A model generated the notes under the pieces. That model ran no database searches and was not told the DNA's origin. It worked only from the letters and a program-made list of their open reading frames with translations. From contig JBHGNT010000002.1 in the NCBI GenBank assembly GCA_043228905.1, positions 25,172,001-25,236,000 on the forward strand: 64,000 nt of DNA, in the 5' to 3' direction. This document shows positions 11,913 to 23,533 of the stretch, piece after piece. This DNA comes from Azolla caroliniana (lineage: Eukaryota > Plantae > Polypodiophyta). A program made the position numbers and the translations under genes. Each line of letters opens with the position of its first letter. Within the stretch, counting starts at the first letter, position 1.

Positions 11913-14900
11913 ATGGACATCTTCCCGCTTCTGATCTCTGTCGCCATCCCTGTGAGCCTGGGATTTATTGGATCTTTATTCAGCAGTGGGGGAGAGAGCG
12001 GTAAAATGCCTTCGATACTCTTTCTCATTCATTGTTTCCTTCCTTCCTTTCTTTCTTTCCATCCCTCTCTTTCTTTCCTTAGCGAGAGGAGGTACCTCTT
12101 ACATGGTTCTCATGGATGGATCGCTGTTTTGTCCTCTTACGTGTTTCTCAAGTTATTGTATGGGTATCATAGATCGATCAGAATTTCTAAGTATGGCCCT
12201 CATGGATCGATCAAAATGCTGTATTGCTCTCATATACGTATAAAATTGTGGCTGCTGAATTCTCTTCATTTCTTTGCTGAGTTTTGATGAGAAAGAAATA
12301 GTTTGCAGACTGGTACAAGAAGCTCAGAAAGCCTTCATGGACACCACCGGTAAGCTTATGTGTGAATGTGCATAACGTGATACAAGAGTGTTTAACGAGG
12401 CTATATATGTATAAATCTCTTTTCTTCTGATAGAACTGGGCCTTTCCTGTCGTTTGGACCATCCTATTCATTTTGATGGGAGTTTCTTCTTGGTTAGTTT
12501 GGCTTCGTGGAGGTTAGTTTTCGTCATACATTTTTTATTTGCTCTCAAAATGTATATAAAAAAATCACGAAATGGTTGTTGGGAACAAATTCTGTAGGGC
12601 TAATAATTAGTGTATGTGAATAATTAGTTTTTTTCTATACTACATGCAGACTGTCATAAATGAGACATCAAGATTGAATATTGAATTTACTTGAAAACAT
12701 TAACCTTTCTATGATTTCAAAAAAATACCCTGAAGGTATACTGAAAAATACCCTGAACATCAAATATCCTTAATATTGCATAACACTGCTTCATTTATGT
12801 ATAAGCAAATGCATTAACTGTTTATACTGCATGAATGCTAGTATTCTTTTGTCTGGAGCGTGTGCTTTAATCAGGAATTGGTCTTTTTATCATATCCATC
12901 CATTATGGCTATAACGTGATTATATCAAAATGATTCTGCAATCCCATTGAAATATCATCAAAATCTAATTAATATCTTACTTCTTCAACACAGGGTTTAA
13001 GGAGCAAACCTTACCCCTTACAGTATATGCCATACAGGTATTAATTTATTTTTCAAATTTACTTAGCAGTCTTCGAGTAACGTTTGTTCGAGCGTTGTAT
13101 GTAGCATAGCATTGCCTCAGAGAATGTGAATTTTGAATGTTTTTTTTGTAAAGCCTAGAGAATATATGATGTCTATAATTGCTAAGGTCACATGTTAACT
13201 ATGGTGGTTGCTCTAATCTACATGAAGTTCGTTGTATCATGCATTAACTTAATCTCTTGTACTATGCTACTTTCACAGTAGTTGTTTCATGTTGCAGGTA
13301 ACTTGCAAACAAAAGACTAGAAAGTAATGCATGGCAGTATAAGTTGAATGTAATATCTTGCTATTTACTTGTTTTTTTTACTGTCTTGATGCAGCTGATT
13401 TTAAATTTCTTTTGGACTCCAATATTTTTTGGTCTTCATCTGCTTGTAAGTATGAAGTGTGTAATGATACGTTTGGGAGTAAACTGTTATATATTTTAAT
13501 GATGAATGTTGCAATCCAGAGCACATTGTGGATGAGATATCAAAATGTTTTGAGAGAAAAAATGTGAAGAAGTATTATGTCTTGTGGTCAAATGCAGGGA
13601 ACAGCACTCGTGGAGATCATAATGCTTTGGTCAGCTGTTGCGGCAACAATGTATCTCTTTTGGCCTGTCAATACACTTGCAACTTACCTGCTTGTACCAT
13701 ACTTGGGCTGGTGTGTATTTCTCTTTCTGAATTCCAGTTTTAACTCAGATTTCGTATGTGAACAGTAAACACCAGGTAGTAGACATGTTTCTATATCACA
13801 GATGTGCATTCAAATGGATATTTCTTTCTTTGCAATTGGCATATGGGTGCGTTGACTATGAGAAGTCTCTCTCTTTCCTTTCCAAAGTATCCAATGATAC
13901 TCAAAGTGATAAAGCCACCCATGACTCTGGTTGTAAACAAAGCCCTGAGAGAGGGCGCCCAGGTGGCTGTAGCTCAGTCAGGTAGCAAACAAGACAGTGG
14001 TTTATTCATAGAGACAATGGTTATAGTTAGTTGAGTAATAAACAAGACTACGAGCGAGGATGTAGGTCAATTGAATTTTTTGAGAAACAAGGCTGTGTTA
14101 ACATCTTTAATGAGCCAAAATGATCTGTAAGACAAAACATGAGGTTACATCTTACTATGTTTGAGAACGATAAACTAAATTATATACAACTAAGCATATG
14201 GTACTAAAGAACCTATATATCTTATAACTTACGATTCTAAACTTCGATACACTAAAACTTGCCTTCGAAAAATCTCCAACATGGGCCACTCTAATATGGA
14301 GAGATCACCAAAGCGAGAGAAAGATATATTGTTGTCTGTTAGTAGCTGAAATCAGCCTATCTGACAAATCATGATTACAAATAAGGGTAGCTTGTGTTTA
14401 TCCATACTGAAAAAATAGAAGCTCTAGGTTTCCAAAAGATTGATGATAAGGATTTTAATGCATGATGTAGCCTGTAGCTTTACTATGAGTAGTCAAAATC
14501 ATTGAGATAAATCATGATTACAAATATGGGTGAATAAAAGCTCGAGGTTTCCTGAAGATCCATGATAAAAGCTCTAGGTTTCCTCAACGCATGAGTGGTT
14601 TGCATGAAAAAATGATGACGTACTGGTGAGCAAGGATCTCCATATCTAGTGTTGGTGTGACCCATTGGTATCCATTGTTGGCTGCATCACTTTGCTCGCA
14701 CATTGGTGACTCCTTGGCATATTGTCAGTGTAGTTGCAGGCTAATAGAAGAAGTCAGTTTGTCGATTTAGTTGCAGTGATGTGTGATTGTCTGTGTGTGG
14801 TGCGCTAATATAAGGGCTGATTCCGTCCCTAAGCTTCAAATGCTCAAGCAATCCTTGGCCAAGTGATGGAGGTCACCTTTCTTCATCATGTGTCAAAGGT

Positions 14901-16202
14901 TGGTGTCAAAGGTTGGTGTCAAAGAGTATGGCATACTTCTCTCTGATGTGCTTGGAAGCTGCACATGAAATGTTCCTCACTCTCCATCTCCTATTCACAT
15001 AATATACAAACTCTATCCTCCCTAGCTATGCAAAGTGCTTGTGCTGCTTCGATCTATTGTTCTGAGTTGGCCTATTGCTTTGCGATGCACTATGGGGCAT
15101 GTATCTACATGCACTATCCATCTGGAATAATGCTTCTACCATCCTAGGGCTGCGGCCAATTCAGGTTGGATGATTTAATGTGGGCTTGAGGGTCTGCTTT
15201 GTATCATCTGTGACATCATCATTAGTGGATGTTCAATTTGTGTGCACATGTTAATGGGCAGACTTGGAGCCCATATGGTGTAACCATGGTGTCAAATGAC
15301 TATATTTTGGTATGAGGTTCCTAGAAGTGTCTCTGGTGGCATTATTGTTCTAGCATGCCCATGGAGAAACCTCCATATCTCTACTTCAGATTGATGGTGC
15401 TTCTGATGGCCTTTGATAGTCCCATTGGACACCTAACTTGTCCCAATGCTTATTCCTTTAACAAATCACCCACATCATGAAGGAGGGAATGCATGGAGTT
15501 CTATAAGAGACATTCCCTTGGTACAATATCAGAGGACTTTGTGAAAATCCACAAAGCGGCATACAAACTAAATCCTGTGTTTGATCCTGTGTTTGATCCA
15601 TAAGCGATGTTACAGGATGTGGTTGGTGGTAAGGGTGCCTAAATCCTTCCTAACTGGTGGCTGATATCTCTTTGTCCTCAACACAAGTGTTGGTTCGGCT
15701 TCAAGCACTGCGTCACAAAGTTTGAAAACTATGGCCAATCCTAATGGTATGCTAGTTCCTTGGTTGGAGTGGTTCCCTTTCTGATGGATAGGCACAATTG
15801 TGTGCATGGCTCACGTGTGAGGAAGGCCCTATTGAATAAGCCTGTGACGATAGGGGCAAGTATGATTGCTGCATATATGACATGTTCACCGTGTAGTCTT
15901 GTGGTAAGGGGGTTCGTGAGGGACATGATACAAGTTTTCTGCATAAGAATGCCATAGCTGATGCTTTCAACCCCTACATTCCACAGTGGGGCATTTAGTG
16001 AAGTAGGTAGGTAGTGAGATTTGAATCCCAGTGCATGAACGTACCTGCAACAGGTCTTATGCAGAAAAGCGAACACTTTTATATAATATCGAAATTCACA
16101 TTTTTGACATTTTCTTATAACAGGCTGACAGTGGCTACATCCCTCAACTTTTACATCTGGGCCAACAATGGCACTTCTACTGCTACGAAGAAAAGCTCTT
16201 GA
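11913..16202 (+). CDS. TSPO: TSPO/TspO-MBR tryptophan-rich sensory (translocator) protein, 164 aa. Exons 11913-12000, 12309-12349, 12434-12512, 12994-13037, 13395-13445, 13598-13710, 16124-16202
   Basis: Spliced CDS of 495 nt, in frame: ...[30 protein letters not shown]...YAIQLILNFFWTPIFFG...LLVPYLGWLTVATSLNFYIW...*. WYxxLxKPxWxPP, WxPxF and PYLxW are canonical TspO motifs. Confidence 0.93.
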
Positions 16203-18958
16203 AATCCAGCTGAACCAACCTCGATGTGTAAGAAAAGCTCTTGAGATCAACCTCGATATGTAAGAACGAGCAAATCAAATCTAATATTCTATGTCATGTA
16301 ATTATTGAGGTTTCTATTTAGATATTGTAAGCTAAACTCCCTTGTACAGATGCTTATCAAGGTTGAACTAGATGGAACTATTGATTGATGCAGAATAATG
16401 GGTGTAGTGGAAGTCTAAAGAATAATAAAACTTCTAGTTTTGTACTTAAAGATACATTATTTATGGTCATTGGGGAAGATCTTATTTGGTTTTGTGAGCA
16501 TCTGGTGACATGATCTGGAATATCATTTTGATAATTATTCATCAAAGTGCAAACTAGATGTTTCTTCGTACCATTTTAAATTGCAGCTGTGAGTGAATTC
16601 ATTTAACATCATGCATATCCACAAATTTGGAAAACACTCAATTAGGCTAGGGATTCAAAATTCTTCTGCATGATCAGTTTATCGAACAGAATGAGTGTGT
16701 ATTGTAAACCATACTAGTTACAAGATTAACCCCATAAAACAAATGGATTAGCAGAGTATCTTACCATATCTAAGTGAATGTTGAAGGGGAGTTTAATGCT
16801 TCATCTCTAATTATCGACACACTTTCTAGTTTCAATATATAATGTATATGTATGAGAAAGATTATGTATTAGTGATGTACATTATATATATTGGTGATTT
16901 ATCAATGCCCATGGAGAACTAACATGAGCCATGGGATGATGGATGCAAAGTAGTTTACCCTAGCCAAGGGGAGACATAGATTCTTATGCTTTTGCCTTTT
17001 GCTTTTGCCAAGGGTAGTACAATGACAAAAAAACTCATTAGAGCAAAGCTAGGATTGACATTATAATTTGAATATTAGCATGAATTGTCATATATTCAAT
17101 ATTGCTCAAGCATCAAATATTGTTCTCATAAGCTTTAAACAAACTTTTTATTTACTACTTCCAACCTAAACTTTTAAAAACCTAGCACAATAATCTCCTT
17201 TTAATATGGCTAAATGCAGTTGAAAAAGATAAATTAGAAAAGTTGTTAACTACCATTGGTATGTTACAATTAGATCACTTTGCATCCACATGTTCATATG
17301 TCATCATTTTCAATATCATGTTATGCCTTTTCTGCCACCAAAATTAATAACCTAGGGTTATTTGATGAAATAAGGAAATATGAGTGCTTTTTACATGGCC
17401 TACTGAAATAGGTGAGCTTTTGCATTACATACATTTTTAACATCTTGTTAGCTCAAGCTATGTAAAACGTTTTGCATAAAGTGCTATGTCTTTGTTTGTA
17501 ATTTATTGTAAAACATATTATGTAATTTTTTGGGGGGTCTATAGATTTCCAAGTATATTAGCAATATTAGTCATAACAAAGTTTTATTTCATATGGCGAT
17601 TTTATGAATGAAATGGCAACAATTGAGATTGCACTCTTAATTAACATTAGGGTTATATTTAGTTCCACAAATCAAGTCTACAAAGAGTAAGAGTTCACTA
17701 TTAGAAATTTGTGGAATTATCCTCTAGAAAGAAGAGAGCCAAGAGTTACGTATAATATGCTAAAATGAAGAGAATTTATAGTTTATGATATTGGTGACAA
17801 ATGTTGGGAGATGTTTAAGTTTACAATGTGTGAGTCAAACATGAAGCTTTCAAATCTTCCTAAATATATCCAAGAGATGTGGCCAAATGATTTGAAGTTT
17901 ACAATATGCAAAAATATTATCATAGCTCATGCACCAAGGAGCATATCACAACTACCAAGTACAACACACAATCACGACGTTCAAATGAAAGAAACAAGGA
18001 GTGTCTTCTCAAGATTTTACATATAAGATTTCTATGAATTAAATTTTGACCATATTCAATTAAGACATTTGAGGGGCCACCAATACAACCAATATAATAA
18101 TAATGCTTGCATCCACTAGCAAAGTACCGTGGCAACATATGCAAGTTGCTATCAATGTCTTTAAACATTTTAACCCTTGAGTTGTCGAAAATGTATCAGG
18201 GTCAAACCAATGAAATTGTATCCAATAGAGCCAAAACTTGGCATGCATGATTGCAACCTAGAATGATAAAGAGTCTTTCAAGAGGAGTGCAACCTTGAAA
18301 CCTTTCATGGGAGACTGGAAACCCACAACGCTAAACATTGCATGCCAATAAGGCGAGCTCATGAATCCATGAGCAATGAGATGCCAACTCTTCCGGACAC
18401 AGCAAGTAAGTTGTTGTTAATTTCATAGAACAACGGTGGTACATGCAAAAGAGGTTGGATTGTCTTTCAAGAAAGAGAGATAGAGAGAGTAAGAAAGTGT
18501 CTGAACCTATGTATATGATGCATAATAAATGGGAAGCAAGCCTTTGTCTAACTAAGGGTCTATGGAACCCTTTCATATGCATAGTGCCTCTCTATGAGCT
18601 ATAGACATCAACCCTATAGTTATTTTCATACTTTAGAACCCTATAGCTATTTTCATAATTTAAAACCCTATATACACAAACCCTATTTTCATATATACAT
18701 AAAATGTTAAAACCTCTTTCCACATTAGGTAACTCTTTGTCTATGGGAGCCTTCCATATGCATGTCTTGTCTGTACATATATGCTAAATATATATATATA
18801 CATATGTATGTATGTATGTATGTATGTACACAAAGTGTGTACCTTTTTTCTACATTAGGTAACCTTTGAACATCACTAAAAGGTTCACATTTTTGAGGTT
18901 TTGAATTTACTTCTTTTTGTCTTTTTTTGTTAGTTAGATTTCAGGCTATGGAAACTTC

Positions 18959-21900
18959 ATGAAGACGGTAGAGTCAGAGCCCATGTGAGCAATCTTTTCT
19001 TTTTTTCTTTTTTCTTTTCTTTTTCTGTTATGAGATAAGTCTCGCTGGATCCATCCTTATCTGAGATTTTATTAATTGAGTATGAAGCGTTCAGCGAAGA
19101 AAGAACTCACAAGTAGTTTTCATTTTGCCTTCTTCTTTATACTTTCCTATTTGAGAATTAATTGGATTTGTTTTCATGTCAAGAAATAAGGAAACCCATT
19201 GGGAGTTTTAGTTTTTCTCCTGCAGATTTCATCCTTCAATGAAAGAAAATTGAACGCTTTTTTCAATTGAACTCAAGTCTAATTCTTCTCTTTGCTTTCA
19301 AAGGACCCATAATTTTAGAGAAATTGATTTGGTTTTTCTATGAAACCATTGATGCTTCCCTTTACTTTCAAATGACCCATCTCTTAGATTTCATCCTAAT
19401 TGTAGAGAAATTGAGTGTTTTTCAATGAAATCATCGATGCGTCTCCTTGCTTTCAAAGGACCCACCCATGTCATAGATTTCAGTCTTGTCTGAGAGAAAT
19501 TGATGGTTTTTCCAATACACATCCCGTCAATGTTTTTTTGCTTTCAAAAAACCTCTCTCTTAGATTATGTCCGTCTATGAGAGTGATCGAATGTTTTTCC
19601 AATGCTTTTCTTTGCCTTCTAAGGATCCATCTCTTTTAAATTCCATCCTTTCCCTGAGAGAAGTCGAAAGTCTTTTCAATGAACTCCTGGATGCTTTTCT
19701 TGGCTTTGAAAGTACCCATGTCATAGAATCGAAGGATTAGATTATATGATGTTGAAGGGGAGTCAAGCAGGAGAAGGAGAAGAAGATGAGGAAGAAGAAG
19801 AAGAAGAAGAAGAAGAAGACAGATATTCTTCCATAGAAGGAAGCTTAAACAAAGAAGCCATAAATGCATTACATTCTTCTAAAGAAAGATTGGCTAGGCA
19901 AGCTTTAGCTGCAACTGGAGGTAAGTCTAACCTCAAAGCTACTAAATGGCTCCTCGAAAGAAGAAATGATCGTGGTGATCATATTGGATTACATATGAAA
20001 GAAGAAGGGGCTGTTTCTGTGCTACAGAGAGGGAGTTCGCTACCTTGGTCAAAAGGCGGCGGCAGTCTCTTGGAGAGTCTTAATGCGCCTCATTGGAGAG
20101 GAGATATGGAAGAATCTCCTCATCTTCAACTACAGCTAGAAGAGCAAGAGTGTGTTAAGACATCTGTAACAGCCTCATGTTCGCCCGAGGATGAAGAAGA
20201 AATCGATAAAATCATGGCTTCTGCATCAAAACACCACAAGTCGGCATTGAGGGGCCTAACTGAGATCTATTCCTTGCAAGATGGAAGAGGAAACCTTAGC
20301 AGGGAATGGCAGGATGAGGTGGCTGGCTTTGGGCTTCCAGACATATCCTCATGCTTGCAAGGTAAAAGAGACATCTTGCAAGATGGAAGAAACATAAAGA
20401 GGAAGTGGCAGGATGAAGTGATTGAAATTGGGCAGGTGGACATATCCTCTTCAACCTTGCATGGTAGAGGGAAAAACCCGATAAGGAATTGGCAGAATAA
20501 GGCCGTTGACACTGAGCGGGTGTCCACTGGCATTGGATTAAACCTGATGTCACAACTTTCAATGAAGAGTATCGCACCTCTCGCTGAAAGGATGAGGCCG
20601 AATTCAATTTCGGAAATTCTTGGCCAAGATCACTTGCTTGGACCTCATTGCATTCTAAGGTCTCTTCTAGAATCTGGTGAAAGCTTGCCTTGCATCATAT
20701 TCAGAGGCCCTTCGGGAACAGGAAAAAGCTCTCTTGCTAGGCTCATTGCTCGCAATGCTTCATTTAGATTTATAGTGCTTCATGAAAAGCCTCCTAGTTT
20801 GGAGGTACAAGAGATTCTAGATGAGGCTAAGCAAGCAATGAAATCCGGTCGAAGGACTGTCTTGTTTGTGGAGAGGTTGAGTGCATTCAGTAAATTCCTT
20901 CAAGAACAATTACTTCCTGCTATCAAAGAAGGATATCTTGTCTTTATTGGGGCTACTACAACAAAAAGTCCGTCCACAGAGCTCATCTCGAGCTTATTAC
21001 ATAAGTGCAAGATTTTCACACTCAAGAAACTACAATATGACGATCTTTGTAGCATAATGCAAAGAGCAATATCAGATGTTGAGAGGGGCGTACGTGTGTC
21101 AGTGGGTGATGTTCCAGGCCTAGAAGTTTTGGCTATCAAGGATGAAGCCATTCATTTTCTTGCAACAGCAGCCACTGGTGATGCGCGTGTAGCTCTGAAT
21201 GCATTAGAAGATTCTATACGTATAGCTCTACAGAATTGGAAGGAAATGCAAGGGCTCAAGTTCAATGGAAAACAAACTGAATCGAAAATAGAGGTTAGTC
21301 ATGGAGATAGGGTGGGAAACTTGAGTACTGTCAAGCATGATGCTCTTCATAATGTACTAGAGCATCTAAAAGGATATTTTCAGTTTAGCCAAGAGGAGTA
21401 TGCCAAGCCATTTAAGAAAATCACAGGAGGGAAGGTCACATATGGTGCATACAGGGACAAAAATCTACTTAAATTGAATCTCGATGCCAACAAGAAAGGT
21501 GCATTTGTTGGAAGCACAACCACAGTTTCAGATTTTCGAGAGCGAGTTTTTGGTTATCGTGGTGATTCTCATTCAGCAAATAGTTCTCACTTAGACATTC
21601 AGAGCACTATGGTGGTCACCATAGAAGATGCAAAGGAAGCTTTTCAATGGCAACAGCATGAGGGTAAGGAAAAGAGTTGGGAAGAAGAGAATGATGAGGA
21701 TCTCATTTCAGCTATGTTGCAGGCCATGAAGGGGGGGCACAGTAATGCCGCTGTCTATTGGTTTTCAAGAGCATTCGAGACCGTAGAGAACCCCCTTAGA
21801 AGAATAATGATAGCCCTAACCAAATTTGCTAGTGAGGAAGTAGGTATGGCTGATCCTCAAGCACTCGTACAAGCAATTTCATGCCATCAAGCTTGTGAAT

Positions 21901-22145
21901 TGATGCGTGGTGAGGATTGCTCTTCATATTTGATTCAATGTGTGGTTTATTTATCAATGGCTCCAAAATCAAATGCATTGCCTCATGCTTTTCGATTGGC
22001 TCAAAGGGTGATTCGAGGTTTAAATGAGCCTGTCAACAGACCTATGCATCTTAGATCTTCTTCCTCTAGTGGGCACATGATGACAAGAGAGTCACACTAC
22101 CTTCAGGATTCACTGAAGGACTTCACTTTTGTTAGGTTACGATGA
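18959..22145 (+). CDS. RarA/MgsA/WRNIP1-like AAA+ protein, divergent. Main exon 19727/19746-22145; possible short first exon 18959-18984
   Basis: PLAERMRP, GQDHLLG, Walker A GPSGTGKS, IGATT, GDARVALNALE, DLISA, FASEEVGMADPQAL and YLSMAPKSN match MgsA/RarA. The first exon (MKTVESEPI) splices in phase 2 to the AG at 19725-19726, which is inferred. Confidence 0.88.
19220..19725. repeat. Degenerate ~60-65 bp tandem repeat (GCTTTCAAAGGACCCA...TAGATTTC...GAGAAATTGA)
   Basis: The motifs recur about 7 times upstream of the main AAA+ exon. Confidence 0.6.
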
Positions 22146-23533
22146 GGTAAATAGCTTGTGTATGTAATACAGTTCATGGACATGCAAAAATGAATTTAAA
22201 GAAAAAAAAGAAATGGGATGATATGTGCCTGTTCCAAGTAACATTCCAGAGAATTGACTCTCTTCTTTCCATCATTTCTAGAAAAGGCTGTTCAAATGGA
22301 AATTGAGTATCATATGAAACCTTCAAAAGATGAATTCTGCTGGCCAAAGTATTCTATCATTTCTTCAAAGGCGCTACTTTGTATCTGCCATAGTTAACAA
22401 ATTTCATCTTTGTGGGGGAAACAAAACCATGGAATATCATGACGTGATGTTGCAAAGAGCATTTTTTCATGTTCTTTAGCTTTTTTTCTTTTTGTTCTTA
22501 TATAATACATTTTTGGTGTTTAATAATCTTACATTAGGATTTATCAGAACTTTTGTAACAGTAAGGTAACAATAAGGCCATTATTGTTTACAGAATTTGT
22601 GGTATGGCTTCTCATAGTCTTGTGTATTGCTTATTGGATTACCCAAGAGAAATATGTAATGCCAATTCCCACATATTCTTGGAAAAATCATGTGGCAAAG
22701 GATGGGAAAATACCACGATGTCATAGTTGTTTATATATAGTTAAAAAACAATGTGTACCTGTAAAGTATTGGAATTTACAATTATAATTCAGCAATTATT
22801 CTGTCATGATTATTATTCAATTCCTGAAAACAATGTGTAGGTAAGACAAAAAGATTGATACTTCAAATAGTGCTTGACATATAGATATATATACAAGGAA
22901 GCCAAGTGGCCTTGCCCTACATCATTCATTGGAAAAAAGTACAAAGCATATACCCACAACTAGATGGAATTCAGCATACGTAAACTTTTTGCTTACTTAT
23001 TCTCAAGACAGAGCGATGGCCAGATAACCAAATTGTTCACTGTTTACGTTCATTGTTTCTAGACACATACTTTTGTTTGCTCACATCATTTCCTAAAGTG
23101 AAGTACTACTTAGAGCCTATGGCATGAATCAACACCACATATTGCCAATGTTTATGAAACCTTGTTTTACTTATTTGAAGCACAATCTACACTAAAGATG
23201 GCATCAAGTTTTAGCAAAATCATTTGTCAAATGAAATCGACATGTTTAAATCTCAAAGAGACATAATTTATATATTATTTATTTGTTGCACTAATATGTG
23301 GGTTTGTGGTATTGAAGTGTGCATGTTTGCAATATATATGTTTTGAAAAACTCAGGACACGATTGAATACATGCACAATCATCGATTTGCTTTTATACGC
23401 AAGTGTTTGTCCATCAGCTGAACAATAATCCATGGTTGTCCATTAGATTTGACATCATTAAGGGATATACTTGCACAAACTTAAGGTTCTGGTTCTCTTC
23501 ATAAACATCATAAGGGCATGTACTTGTGGCAGA

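Noticed and set aside
13962-13990. tRNA gene
   Set aside because: Only an A-box-like head; no cloverleaf or intact B-box.
145-22145. Horizontally transferred cluster of bacterial-like genes (DUF482, TspO, RarA)
   Set aside because: All three families have established plant members, two are intron-rich, and there is no operon-like structure.
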